From: Candidatus Planktophila sp.
GTDB taxonomy: Bacteria; Actinomycetota; Actinomycetes; Nanopelagicales; Nanopelagicaceae
Direction: 5' to 3'
DNA: 56,887 nt
NCBI GenBank assembly: GCA_044373255.1
Contig: JBIPNL010000001.1
Location: 1-56,887 of the forward strand
The notes under the pieces were generated by a model. It searched no databases. It was not told the origin of the DNA and was given only the letters and a program-made list of their open reading frames with translations. Made by a program: the position numbers and the translations under genes. Shown here piece after piece: positions 1 to 9,903 of the stretch; the first letter of the stretch is position 1, and the number at the start of each line of letters is the position of its first letter.

Positions 1-1066
1 TCGACTGTGGCGATAAGGATCGAAGGTGGGCACGCACTTGCTTCAGTTCACGTTTTTCACTATCGATCAGCGCCGTCATCGTGCGCGCTGCGCGATCACG
101 GGCAGTTGAAATCTGATCTACTCGCGATGACACAATCACCATCGGATCTTTCATCACAGGGCGAGCTGTTAAATGCGAGATTGTTGAGATTTCAAAATCG
201 AGAAGATGAGTGACTTTGCGAAATAGACGTTGGCGGATCAGCTCGATATCGGCGATCTCTTGGGCAATATCTGGAACCACTCTTTTGGCAGCATCAGTCG
301 GGGTTGAGGCTCTGTAATCTGCAACGAGATCAAGCAGTGGTGAATCCTTCTCATGGCCGATCGCGCTAACAATCGGCGTCAGACACGAACCAGCGAGGCG
401 AACTAAGCTCTCATCACTAAATGGCAAGAGATCCTCAAATGATCCACCGCCTCGCGTAATGATGATGACATCCACATCTCCATTAGCCTCAAGTTCGGCA
501 AGTGCTTGTGAAACCTCAACAACTGCAGCACTTCCTTGCACAGCAACTTCGCGAATTTCAAATTCAACTGCCGGCCAACGACGGCGCGCATTTTCAACAA
601 CATCTTTCATCGCATCGGTGTTGCGTCCGCAGATCAAACCGACCTTCTTGGGTAGGCGCGGCAGAGCAACTTTACGATCTGCATCAAAGAGGCCTTCTTT
701 AGCGAGAGCGCCTTTAAGTTCTTCGAGACGTGCTAATAATTCACCAACACCAACCTGGCGAATCTCTTTCGCCGACATCGTCAGCGTTCCACTCTTTGTG
801 TACCACGACGCCTTGGCATGAATAACAACGCGTGCATTTGCAGGAAGCGGTTGCACCGACGCTAAGACGGTTTTGTAACACATGACAGAAAGGCTCATAT
901 CGGCGCTGGTATCGCGCAGGCGCATAAATGCCATTCCGCCGCTGCGTTCGTTGAGCTCTGAGATCTCGCCCTCAATCCAGATGGGGCCCAATCGATCGAG
1001 ATACTCCTTAATTGCTTCAGTGACAACGCGCACTGGCGCGGGTTTCTCACTTGAAGTTTCGAACAT
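1..1066 (-). CDS. xseA: Exodeoxyribonuclease VII large subunit (3' end runs off window)
   Basis: Manual translation of - strand from ATG 1066: MFETSSEKPAPVRVVTEAIKEYLDRLGPIWIEGEISELN...RGGGSFEDL...SAIGHEKD...RASTPTDAA (XseA motifs); absent from ORF track because no stop lies in the window; divergent from ispH as in other Actinobacteria. Confidence 0.95.
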   Translation of the reverse strand, partial: MFETSSEKPAPVRVVTEAIKEYLDRLGPIWIEGEISELNERSGGMAFMRLRDTSADMSLSVMCYKTVLASVQPLPANARVVIHAKASWYTKSGTLTMSAKEIRQVGVGELLARLEELKGALAKEGLFDADRKVALPRLPKKVGLICGRNTDAMKDVVENARRRWPAVEFEIREVAVQGSAAVVEVSQALAELEANGDVDVIIITRGGGSFEDLLPFSDESLVRLAGSCLTPIVSAIGHEKDSPLLDLVADYRASTPTDAAKRVVPDIAQEIADIELIRQRLFRKVTHLLDFEISTISHLTARPVMKDPMVIVSSRVDQISTARDRAARTMTALIDSEKRELKQVRAHLRSLSPQS

Positions 1067-1072
1067 GAGCCC

Positions 1073-1085
1073 AGCCTAATAGACT
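1073..1085. promoter_or_regulatory. Back-to-back -10 hexamers for leaderless xseA (TAGGCT, -) and ispH (TAGACT, +)
   Basis: agccta-a-tagact; each TANNNT lies 6-7 nt before an ATG; no Shine-Dalgarno on either side. Confidence 0.7.
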
Positions 1086-1092
1086 CGCCCAC

Positions 1093-2055
1093 ATGGATTC
1101 AGGCAAACGCGTACTTCTGGCCGCCCCCCGTGGATATTGCGCCGGCGTAGATCGCGCAGTGATCACCGTTGAAAAAGCGCTTGAGGCGTATGGCGCACCT
1201 GTCTATGTCCGCAAAGAGATTGTTCACAATAAGCACGTTGTCCAAACCCTCGAACAAAAAGGCGTCATCTTTGTCAACGAAACAGATGAAGTTCCAGAAG
1301 GTCGAACCGTCATCTTTTCAGCTCACGGTGTTTCACCTGCAGTCCATGAGCAGGCAGCAGCGCGCAGCCTAAAAACAATTGATGCCACCTGCCCACTTGT
1401 CACCAAGGTTCATCATGAGGTGCGTCGCTTTGCCAATGATGAGACAGAGATTTTATTGATTGGCCACGAAGGTCACGAAGAAGTTGAAGGAACTGCAGGA
1501 GAGGCTGTCGGTAAGGTCAAGATTGTTGATGGACTAGATGGCGCTCGCTCTGTGCAACCTACACCGGGCAAGAAGCTGGTCTGGTTATCGCAGACGACGC
1601 TCAGTGTTGATGAAACGTTAGAAGCCGTTGCGATATTGCGTCAACGTTTTCCTGAAATCCAAGATCCGCCATCTGATGATATTTGTTATGCAACGCAGAA
1701 CCGCCAGGAAGCAATTAAAGCTATTGCACCACAGGCTGATCTTGTGCTCGTTGTTGGTTCCACAAACTCATCTAACTCAGTTCGCTTGGTTGAAGTTGCG
1801 CTGGAATATGGTGCTAAGAAGGCATATCTGATCGACTATGCCTCAGAGGCTAAGGATGAATGGCTTATTGGTGTGAAGACTGTTGGCGTAACAAGTGGTG
1901 CATCAGTACCTGAGATCTTGGTCCGCACAGTTCTTGATTGGCTCAGCCTTCACGGCTTTGGCAATGTTGAAGAGGTACGCGCAACTGAAGAGACACTTCT
2001 CTTCTCGCTCCCACCTGAACTTCGTAAAGATTTAAAGGCGATGGGTAAAGCTTAA
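1093..2055 (+). CDS. ispH: 4-hydroxy-3-methylbut-2-enyl diphosphate reductase
   Basis: [47 protein letters not shown] motifs. Confidence 0.98.
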   Translation: MDSGKRVLLAAPRGYCAGVDRAVITVEKALEAYGAPVYVRKEIVHNKHVVQTLEQKGVIFVNETDEVPEGRTVIFSAHGVSPAVHEQAAARSLKTIDATCPLVTKVHHEVRRFANDETEILLIGHEGHEEVEGTAGEAVGKVKIVDGLDGARSVQPTPGKKLVWLSQTTLSVDETLEAVAILRQRFPEIQDPPSDDICYATQNRQEAIKAIAPQADLVLVVGSTNSSNSVRLVEVALEYGAKKAYLIDYASEAKDEWLIGVKTVGVTSGASVPEILVRTVLDWLSLHGFGNVEEVRATEETLLFSLPPELRKDLKAMGKA

Positions 2056-2456
2056 ACTCGACTCTTTGGCTTACGTTGCTTCGCTTTTTCATTAAGGAAC
2101 ATAAACCATCCATATACCGCTGAAATAAGTAGCCACGGACCGACCGAAGCTAAAGCTGCGACGATATCGATACCAAGGCGCGAAATAGAAAATCCATCGG
2201 TTGCAAGAAAATAGAGTGTGATCAGCCCAGCAAGAACAAGTGGCGGGGTAACAACTGAGACATAGCGCGTGCCGGGACGGCCAAAGCGAATTCCACCAAA
2301 GGTAACAACTGCAATAACCAGGCCGGTCAGGATGCCGGTGCCGCCGCGAAGTGAGAGCTCGGCAAAGGTAAAGAGAAAGATAAAGAAAATCTGGAGGACA
2401 ACTACGCCCTGCTTCTTAAGGCCGGGGCCACTGATTGCCGGAAGTGAACTTGTCAT
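2052..2456 (-). CDS. Conserved membrane protein (DUF6542-like)
   Basis: About 4 hydrophobic segments, VVTPPLV motif; position between ispH and rmuC typical of Actinobacteria. Confidence 0.65.
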   Translation of the reverse strand: MTSSLPAISGPGLKKQGVVVLQIFFIFLFTFAELSLRGGTGILTGLVIAVVTFGGIRFGRPGTRYVSVVTPPLVLAGLITLYFLATDGFSISRLGIDIVAALASVGPWLLISAVYGWFMFLNEKAKQRKPKSRV

Positions 2457-3661
2457 TGCTCCTCCTTCACCTCTTCTGCATCGATAAAGTCATCTTCTGC
2501 AGCAACTTCGCCATTTTTTAATTCACGTACCTGGGCTGGCGCATCAGGATATGCAAGTGCAAGTTTATCTTTATCTCCGGAAACCCCATAACTCAAAATC
2601 TTTGCAGCAGCACGCTTGACTGTGGATTCAGCAGTTGGAATCAGCTCGGCATAGGCCTTACTGAGTGTGTTGATGGCGCTACCAACTTTGATAATGCGCG
2701 AGTGGAGCAGCGTCAGATCTTTCATAAATGCAGCAGCTGACTTGGAGATATCTTCTGCATTTCGCGCTACCGCATTGCGAGAGTAAACATTTCCGATTGT
2801 GCGAAGCAGCGCCATCATCGATGTAGGTGTTGCGATAGTGACATTGAGCTTGAAGGCCTTTTCGAGGAAGAGTGGATCAACGCGAAGGGCCTCTGTGAGC
2901 AGCGATTCAAAGGGCACAAAGAGAATCACAAAATCTGGCGAATCTTGGGAATCGTGATAGCCACGCTTTGCCAGCGTCTCTACATGCTTTGAGAGATCTT
3001 TCCGGTGCTCAGTAAAGAGCGCTTCACGGGCATCGCTATCTTCTTCCTCGTGCGCTTGGATAAAACGGTCAAAAGGAAACTTGGAATCGATAAATAACTT
3101 AGTGCCACCTGGCATTTTGACGGTGATATCTGGAATACCGGAAGAGTCAGCATCTGTTGTTGAGCGCTGAGCGGTGAATTCAATATCTTTACGCAAGCCC
3201 GCATCTTCCAGCATCAGTTCAAGTTGGGCCTCGCCAAATTTTCCACGTGTTGCAGAGTTTGAGAGCGCTCCTGCGATTGCTTTGGTCTGTGCCACCAGTG
3301 ATTCATTATGTGAAGACATGGCACGTACTTGTGCGCGGATATCTGATTCAGCTTCGATGCGACGACGATCGGCGTCTCCTGCTTCTTTCTGCAACTTCTC
3401 CATCGCGCTCTTCATCGCCTCAAGTTCGCCCGCTAACTTTGAACCTGCCATTGCGTTATCTCGCTCGCTCTTATAGAGATCGCGTTCGGCGCGAGCGGCG
3501 TTCAGTTGTTCGTTCAGTTCTGTCGATGATGTAGCCCCGCTGCCCGCGCTCTTGCGCCAGAGGAAGTACCCAATGGCAAGGCCGAGGATCAAGCCGATCA
3601 CCAGAGTCAGGATGGTTACGAGTGCGCTATTTGTGCTGGACGTCGTCGTCATAGAGGTCAT
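2453..3661 (-). CDS. rmuC: DNA recombination protein RmuC
   Basis: N-terminal TM, coiled coil, RGKFGE, PD...IDSKFP nuclease motif, ATPTSM; start moved to ATG 3661 (leaderless promoter just upstream). Confidence 0.93.
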   Translation of the reverse strand: MTSMTTTSSTNSALVTILTLVIGLILGLAIGYFLWRKSAGSGATSSTELNEQLNAARAERDLYKSERDNAMAGSKLAGELEAMKSAMEKLQKEAGDADRRRIEAESDIRAQVRAMSSHNESLVAQTKAIAGALSNSATRGKFGEAQLELMLEDAGLRKDIEFTAQRSTTDADSSGIPDITVKMPGGTKLFIDSKFPFDRFIQAHEEEDSDAREALFTEHRKDLSKHVETLAKRGYHDSQDSPDFVILFVPFESLLTEALRVDPLFLEKAFKLNVTIATPTSMMALLRTIGNVYSRNAVARNAEDISKSAAAFMKDLTLLHSRIIKVGSAINTLSKAYAELIPTAESTVKRAAAKILSYGVSGDKDKLALAYPDAPAQVRELKNGEVAAEDDFIDAEEVKEEQ

Positions 3662-3667
3662 TGCCCT

Positions 3668-3690
3668 ATCGTGGCAGGAGCCACTGACAA
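3668..3690 (-). promoter_or_regulatory. PafBC-type (RecA-NDp) promoter upstream of rmuC
   Basis: - strand reads TTGTCAGTG-N8-CACGAT-N6-ATG, matching tTGTCRgtg-N8-TAnnnT apart from the first -10 base. Confidence 0.65.
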
Positions 3691-3712
3691 TCACGCGTAG
3701 GCTCTACCTCCT

Positions 3713-4786
3713 ATGAGTCTGTCAATTGGAATCGTCGGCCTGCCCAATGTGGGTAAGTCCACCCTCTTTAACGCTCTGACCAAGAACAATGTCTTGGCAG
3801 CGAACTATCCCTTTGCCACCATCGAACCAAACGTCGGCGTTGTCGGCGTACCTGATGCGCGCTTGGCCAAGCTGGCCACTCTCTTTGGATCTGAAAAGCT
3901 CCTCCCTGCAGCCCTCTCCTTTGTTGATATCGCCGGAATCGTTAAAGGCGCTTCAGAAGGTGCCGGCCTGGGAAATAAGTTTCTTGCCAACATTCGCGAG
4001 ACCGATGCAATCTGTCAGGTGATTCGCGTCTTTAACGATGACGATGTTGTTCACGTGGATGGTCGAATCGATCCAGGTAGTGACATGGAGACCATCAATA
4101 CAGAGCTCGCGCTCGCTGATTTACAGACAATTGAGAAAGCAATTCCGCGTCTTGAGAAAGAAGCAAAGACTGCTAAAGATCGTCTGCCTGTTTTGGAAGC
4201 GGTGAAGGCTGCTAACGAATGGTTGCAATCAGGTAAACCTTTGTCACAATCATCGATCGATCGCGAACTTTTGCACGAACTACATCTATTGACTGCAAAG
4301 CCTTTCCTCTATGTCTTTAACGTTGATGCAGCAGAGCTTGGCGATAAAGATTTGCGTGCAAAATTACAGGCACTTGTTTCACCTGCTCAAGCAATTTTTC
4401 TTGATGCAAAGACCGAGGCAGAGCTTGCCGAACTTTCAGATGACGATGCGATGGAATTGCTTGAGTCAATTGGCTTAACAGAACCAGGCCTTGCAACACT
4501 TGCTCGCGTTGGTTTTGATGCCCTAGGTCTGCAGACATATTTGACTGCTGGCCCTAAAGAAGCGCGGGCATGGACAATTCACAAAGGTGATACTGCGCCA
4601 AAGGCAGCAGGTGTGATTCACACTGATTTTGAAAAGGGATTTATCAAAGCCGAAATCGTTTCATATGATGATTTGATGGCCGCTGGCTCAATGGCTGATG
4701 CGAAATCAGCTGGCAAAGTGCGTATGGAAGGCAAGGATTACGTCATGCACGACGGTGACGTAGTCGAATTTCGCTTTAACGTGTAA
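3713..4786 (+). CDS. ychF: Redox-regulated ATPase YchF
   Basis: [28 protein letters not shown]-terminal TGS domain ([18 protein letters not shown]). Confidence 0.98.
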   Translation: MSLSIGIVGLPNVGKSTLFNALTKNNVLAANYPFATIEPNVGVVGVPDARLAKLATLFGSEKLLPAALSFVDIAGIVKGASEGAGLGNKFLANIRETDAICQVIRVFNDDDVVHVDGRIDPGSDMETINTELALADLQTIEKAIPRLEKEAKTAKDRLPVLEAVKAANEWLQSGKPLSQSSIDRELLHELHLLTAKPFLYVFNVDAAELGDKDLRAKLQALVSPAQAIFLDAKTEAELAELSDDDAMELLESIGLTEPGLATLARVGFDALGLQTYLTAGPKEARAWTIHKGDTAPKAAGVIHTDFEKGFIKAEIVSYDDLMAAGSMADAKSAGKVRMEGKDYVMHDGDVVEFRFNV

Positions 4787-4877
4787 TTCTTCGAAGGCAA
4801 TTACTAGCAACCAGCACTGATAGACTGACTTCCTGCACTTCGCACGCAAGTGCCCTTATTTATGGAGTTTGTCCTCA

Positions 4878-6782
4878 ATGTCGAAAAAACAAGAGCACCT
4901 TAAAGGCCTGCCAGAGAAGCGTCGCGAAGACCTTCGTAACGTCGCGATCATCGCTCACGTAGACCATGGAAAGACCACTCTCGTTGATGCGATGCTGTGG
5001 CAATCCGGTGCGTTCGCGGCCCACAAGGTTCAAGGCGAAGGCCAGGAACGCATGATGGATTCGATGGATCTTGAGCGCGAAAAAGGAATTACGATTCTTG
5101 CCAAGAACACCGCTGTAAAGCGCGGTGACACCATCGTGAACATTATTGATACACCAGGCCACGCAGATTTCGGCGGCGAGGTAGAGCGCGGACTAGAAAT
5201 GGTCGACGGCGTTATCTTGTTAGTGGATGCATCAGAAGGCCCACTTCCACAGACTCGTTTCGTATTGCGTAAAGCTCTGGAAAAGAATCTCCCAGTTATT
5301 TTGTTGATCAATAAAGTCGACCGTCCCGATTCACGTATCGCCGAAGTTGTCGATGAAGCGTACGAACTCTTCCTTGACCTCGGTGCAAATGAAGAGCAGA
5401 TTGAATTTCCAGTTGTCTATGCATCAGCTAAGGCAGGACGTGCATCATTGACTCGTCCGGCAGATGGTGGAATGCCAGAGGAGACAAACCTTGACGTTCT
5501 CTTCGACACTATCTTCTCTGCAATTCCAGCTCCGGTTTATCATGAAGGTGCACCTCTTCAGGCACATGTGACAAACCTTGACTCGTCACCATTTCTTGGG
5601 CGTCTTGCACTCTGTCGCGTACGCGAAGGTGTAATCAAAAAGGGTCAGACAGTTACATGGTTAAAGACAGATGGCACACAAGAGCGAGTAAAGATTTCAG
5701 AACTTTTGATTACCGAAGCGCTCGAGCGCGTTCCGGCACTAGAAGCACATCCTGGAGACATCATCGCTGTTGCGGGTATCGAAACAATTACTCTCGGAGA
5801 AACACTGGCAGATAATGAGAATCCGCATGCGCTGCCGTTGATTATTGTCGACGAGCCTTCAATCTCGATGACTATCGGTATTAATACATCTCCATTGGCT
5901 GGAAAGAGCGGAAAACTCCTTACTGCACGCCAAGTAAAGGGTCGCCTTGATGCTGAGCTCGTAGGTAACGTTTCATTGCGCGTTCTCAATACTGATCGCC
6001 CAGATACCTGGGAAGTGCAAGGTCGTGGAGAACTTCAGCTAGCTGTTCTCGTTGAGATCATGAAGCGCGAAGGTTTTGAACTTACAGTCGGTAAGCCACA
6101 AGTAGTTATCAAGAAGATTGATGGCAAGGTACACGAACCGATGGAGCGCTTAACAATTGATGCACCGGAAGAGTACTTGGGTGTTCTTACACAGTTGATG
6201 GCTCTTCGTAAGGGACGTATGGAACAGATGGTTAACCACGGAACCGGTTGGATCCGTCTTGATTACAAGGTTCCATCACGTGGACTTATTGGTTTCCGTA
6301 CCGAATTCCTTACAGAAACTCGCGGTACCGGTTTGCTACACCACGTATTTGATGGTTACGAGCCTTGGTATGGCGATATTCGTACCCGTGCAACGGGCTC
6401 ACTTGTTTCAGATCGCATGGGAACAGTTACGTCGTATGCGTTGTATGGAACGCAAGATCGCGGAACAATCTTTGTTGAACCAGGTGATGAAGTGTACGAA
6501 GGCATGGTTATCGGCGAGAACTCTCGCAGTGATGATATGGACGTGAACTGTGTTCGCGAAAAGAAGCTCACTAATATGCGCGCATCAGGTACTGATGAAT
6601 CAGAGCGTTTGATTCCACCTAAGAAGTTAAACATGGAAGGTGCTCTCGAATTCTGTCGTGAAGATGAATGCGTAGAGGTCACTCCTGCAGTTGTCCGCAT
6701 CCGCAAGGTTGTCCTCGACCAGAACGAGCGCGCACGTGCGACTTCTCGTCAAAAGAAGGCGAACTTAGCTGCAGATAGCTAG
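4878..6782 (+). CDS. typA: Translational GTPase TypA/BipA
   Basis: NVAIIAHVDHGKTT, ERE-GITI, DTPGH, NKVD, KKLTNMRASG; GGAG at 4864-4867 favours ATG 4878. Confidence 0.98.
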   Translation: MSKKQEHLKGLPEKRREDLRNVAIIAHVDHGKTTLVDAMLWQSGAFAAHKVQGEGQERMMDSMDLEREKGITILAKNTAVKRGDTIVNIIDTPGHADFGGEVERGLEMVDGVILLVDASEGPLPQTRFVLRKALEKNLPVILLINKVDRPDSRIAEVVDEAYELFLDLGANEEQIEFPVVYASAKAGRASLTRPADGGMPEETNLDVLFDTIFSAIPAPVYHEGAPLQAHVTNLDSSPFLGRLALCRVREGVIKKGQTVTWLKTDGTQERVKISELLITEALERVPALEAHPGDIIAVAGIETITLGETLADNENPHALPLIIVDEPSISMTIGINTSPLAGKSGKLLTARQVKGRLDAELVGNVSLRVLNTDRPDTWEVQGRGELQLAVLVEIMKREGFELTVGKPQVVIKKIDGKVHEPMERLTIDAPEEYLGVLTQLMALRKGRMEQMVNHGTGWIRLDYKVPSRGLIGFRTEFLTETRGTGLLHHVFDGYEPWYGDIRTRATGSLVSDRMGTVTSYALYGTQDRGTIFVEPGDEVYEGMVIGENSRSDDMDVNCVREKKLTNMRASGTDESERLIPPKKLNMEGALEFCREDECVEVTPAVVRIRKVVLDQNERARATSRQKKANLAADS

Positions 6783-6817
6783 GCCACTTTCTCGCCCCCT
6801 GTCCTGCCACCAAGTTT

Positions 6818-6839
6818 TGTCGGTTATCTAGGGTTAAAT
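6818..6839 (+). promoter_or_regulatory. Probable PafBC-type promoter upstream of adnA
   Basis: TGTCGG-N10-TTAAAT-N7-ATG(6847); -10 element imperfect. Confidence 0.5.
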
Positions 6840-6846
6840 GGCGCCT

Positions 6847-9800
6847 ATGAAGCTGATCAAGCAGGCGTTACAGGTCACTGACCTGAGCCTTACCGATCAA
6901 CAGAAAAAAGTGATTGCCCATCGTGGTTCTCCTCTTTTAATTAAGGGTGCAGCAGGGTCGGGCAAGACCACACTTCTTATCGAAGCTGCAATTGCGCGTA
7001 TCAGTGATGGTGCTTCATCTGATTCGATTCTCTTTCTCACCTATGGTCGTGAGAGCGCATCCCTTATTCGCGATGCAATTGCAATCCGCAGCAGCGCAAC
7101 AGGGTATGAACCACTTGCGCGAACATTTCACTCGCTTGCATTTTCAATTCTTAAGATGAAGAGCGGAGATGATTTCCGCGAACCCATCTTGTTATCCGGT
7201 GCCGAGCAAGAACAAATCATCGCTGATTTACTTGAAGGCGATATCAGCGATGGATATAAAGAGTGGCCGCCAGAATTGCGCGATAGTGATGAAAAATTAG
7301 GTAATCCATTACGTACTCGTGGTTTTATTCGCGAACTTCGTGATCTCATGATGCGTGCAAACGAGAGAAAGATTTCACCACAAGAGCTAGCAAATCGTGG
7401 TGGGCAACTCGGTGAAAAGTATTGGCCAGCCGCGGCAGCTTTCTGGAAGCGATATGAAGGTGTGATGGATCTAGCCGCTTCTGGTGCCGGAGATGCAAAG
7501 GTGCGCATCGACCCTTCTGAGTTGATTAATGCAGCCATCGCGCACCTTCATAACAGCCCCGAACTTCTGGCAACGATTCGTAAGACTTTCTCCACCATTC
7601 TTATCGATGAATTCCAAGAATCTGATCCCGCACAGCGCGAACTTCTTACGCTCATTGCACCCAATGATCTTCTTATCGCACTTGATAGTAAGAGCGCGGT
7701 AGGACGTTTTCGCGGCGCTGATCCAGATGGAGCAGATGCAGCGGCGCAATCATTTATTGGCGATCACGGCGCAGTAATTACTCTTTCGGAGAGTTATCGA
7801 AATCCAACAGAACGCGATGTGGTGATGGCGGCCAGTGCCACGGAAGAGGCTCATCTCATTGCCCACTACTGTAAAAAGGCCCATCTCCTTGATGGAATTC
7901 CTTACTCAGATATGGCAATTATTCTGCGCTCAGGTGGTGCCGGTGCATCTGCAATTCGCCGGGCCTGCATGCAAGCCTCGATTCCTACAGTGGGTGAAGT
8001 CGAAGCCCTCGGTAATAACGTGGCAATCGCGCCCTTCTTATTGTTGGCACGTATTGCAACGAATCCAAAGAAGTTGACCTTAGCTGATGTCGAAGCGCTG
8101 CTTACCAGTGAATTTGGTGGAAGTGATGCGATTTCACTTCGTCGCATTCGGCGATCACTCCTTGCAGCACGTAGTGATGATGATCTTCGCACCGGTTCAG
8201 CGATGCTTATTGACGCTCTTATCGATGGTGATATTCCAATCGAGGATGCACCTGAACTCAACCGTGTACATACACTCTTATCTCTTGCTCGTAAATCACT
8301 CGCTCGTAAAAATCCAACAGTTCACGATCTTTTGTGGGCAATCTGGAGCAATGCAGTGACAAGCGATGGAAGCAAAATAAGTGATGCATGGCGAGATGCT
8401 GCTTTGCGTGGTGGATCTCGCGGAGCGGCAGCAGATCGTGATCTTGATGCGATGATCGTTCTCTTTGATAGCGCCGCACGATTTATCGAACGTTTTCCGG
8501 GTGCTGCACCATCTGTCTTTCTCGATCAGATCAGCGAAGAATTTATCGCAGCAGATGTGATTACATCTAAAGGTGTACGCCCCGATGCCCTCGAGGTATT
8601 GACAGTTCATAGCGCTAAAGGACGCCAATGGCCGCTCGTGATTGTTGCTGGCGTACAAGAGGGGATTTGGCCAAACCTCAAAGTCCGATCGACTCTGCTT
8701 GGCGCCGAACGTTTAGTTGAACGCGAACGTCATGGAGATCATCTGCCCGATCAAGAGCTGCAGGCGATCACCGCATCTTCACTTCTTGAAGATGAACGAC
8801 GCCTCTTTCATGTTGCTACAACCCGCGCAACATCGCAGTTGTTGGTCACGGCAACTTCGCGCGAAGATGATGAACCATCGATTTTCTTCCATGACATATA
8901 TGAAGAAATACACGGTTTTGCGGCCGATTCGCCCCAGGCGGGTACCGCCCAACCTGCCCGGCCACTTACCGCTCCTGCGCTGGTGGCAACCCTGCGTCGC
9001 AATTTAACGTCAGAGAATTCTGAATCAGCGGCAGAACTTCTTGCCACGCTTGCCTCATCAGGAGTATCGCTTGCCCAGAGCGAGAACTGGGTTGGCGCGC
9101 GTGCACTATCGACAGATGCACCCGTTGTTAAACCGGGAGATCCTGTCTATGTATCGCCTAGCGGCGCAGAACCCTTTACAGAGTGCGGAGTGAAGTGGTT
9201 CCTAGAAAAAAGTGGCGGCACTAATGGTGACGGCGTTGCACAGCTATTGGGTTCTGCCATTCACGAATTCGCGCGACTTAAAGTTGAAAGTCCCGGCATC
9301 ACACATGATGAACTTGTAGAAAAACTGGAAAGCTCGTGGTCACTGATAGATCAATCAACTGGTTGGCTTAGTTCTGCCGCCCTTAAACGAGCAAAACACA
9401 TGCTGGAACGCTTTGCCCAGTATCACACCGATATTGAGAGCAAGAGTGATCGCAGCGTTGTCGGAGTCGAGCTCGATTTTAATATCTCCTTTGGAAACGT
9501 TATTGTCAAAGGAAATGCTGATCGCATTGAAGTAGATAGTGAAGGTAAGTACTTTGTCGTTGATTTTAAAACCGGAAAGAACCCAATCGGACATAAAGAG
9601 GCGCTGACTAACTTACAGCTTGCCTGTTATCAGCTTGGTGTCATCATGGATGGCTTTGGTGACAAACTCAAAGGAAATCAAACCAGTGGTTCGCACCTTG
9701 TTTTTCTTGCGCACACGACAAAAGAAGTTGCCCTTCGCCATCGTCCCGTTATCGATGCAGATGAAGTTCGCCAGCAGTTATCTATCATCGGTGCTGGTAT

Positions 9801-9903
9801 GGGCGCTGCTACTTTTATGGCAACAGTCAATGAGATGTGCCCACGATGTGTGGTTCGTTCATCCTGTCCGGTGCAACCAACCGGGAAGTCGGTGATCTCA
9901 TGA
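6847..9903 (+). CDS. adnA: ATP-dependent helicase/nuclease AdnA (UvrD-like motor plus RecB-type nuclease with Fe-S cysteines)
   Basis: GAAGSGKT, DEFQE, TVHSAKG, ERRLFHVATTRA, ADRIE..VDFKTG, C...CPRC-x5-C; start 6838 or 6847. Confidence 0.9.
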   Translation: MKLIKQALQVTDLSLTDQQKKVIAHRGSPLLIKGAAGSGKTTLLIEAAIARISDGASSDSILFLTYGRESASLIRDAIAIRSSATGYEPLARTFHSLAFSILKMKSGDDFREPILLSGAEQEQIIADLLEGDISDGYKEWPPELRDSDEKLGNPLRTRGFIRELRDLMMRANERKISPQELANRGGQLGEKYWPAAAAFWKRYEGVMDLAASGAGDAKVRIDPSELINAAIAHLHNSPELLATIRKTFSTILIDEFQESDPAQRELLTLIAPNDLLIALDSKSAVGRFRGADPDGADAAAQSFIGDHGAVITLSESYRNPTERDVVMAASATEEAHLIAHYCKKAHLLDGIPYSDMAIILRSGGAGASAIRRACMQASIPTVGEVEALGNNVAIAPFLLLARIATNPKKLTLADVEALLTSEFGGSDAISLRRIRRSLLAARSDDDLRTGSAMLIDALIDGDIPIEDAPELNRVHTLLSLARKSLARKNPTVHDLLWAIWSNAVTSDGSKISDAWRDAALRGGSRGAAADRDLDAMIVLFDSAARFIERFPGAAPSVFLDQISEEFIAADVITSKGVRPDALEVLTVHSAKGRQWPLVIVAGVQEGIWPNLKVRSTLLGAERLVERERHGDHLPDQELQAITASSLLEDERRLFHVATTRATSQLLVTATSREDDEPSIFFHDIYEEIHGFAADSPQAGTAQPARPLTAPALVATLRRNLTSENSESAAELLATLASSGVSLAQSENWVGARALSTDAPVVKPGDPVYVSPSGAEPFTECGVKWFLEKSGGTNGDGVAQLLGSAIHEFARLKVESPGITHDELVEKLESSWSLIDQSTGWLSSAALKRAKHMLERFAQYHTDIESKSDRSVVGVELDFNISFGNVIVKGNADRIEVDSEGKYFVVDFKTGKNPIGHKEALTNLQLACYQLGVIMDGFGDKLKGNQTSGSHLVFLAHTTKEVALRHRPVIDADEVRQQLSIIGAGMGAATFMATVNEMCPRCVVRSSCPVQPTGKSVIS

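Noticed and set aside
7-1092. Short ORF-track ORFs in the first 1.1 kb
   Set aside because: They overlap the - strand xseA frame and show no protein motifs; the same applies to the many antisense or out-of-frame ORFs nested in core genes throughout the window
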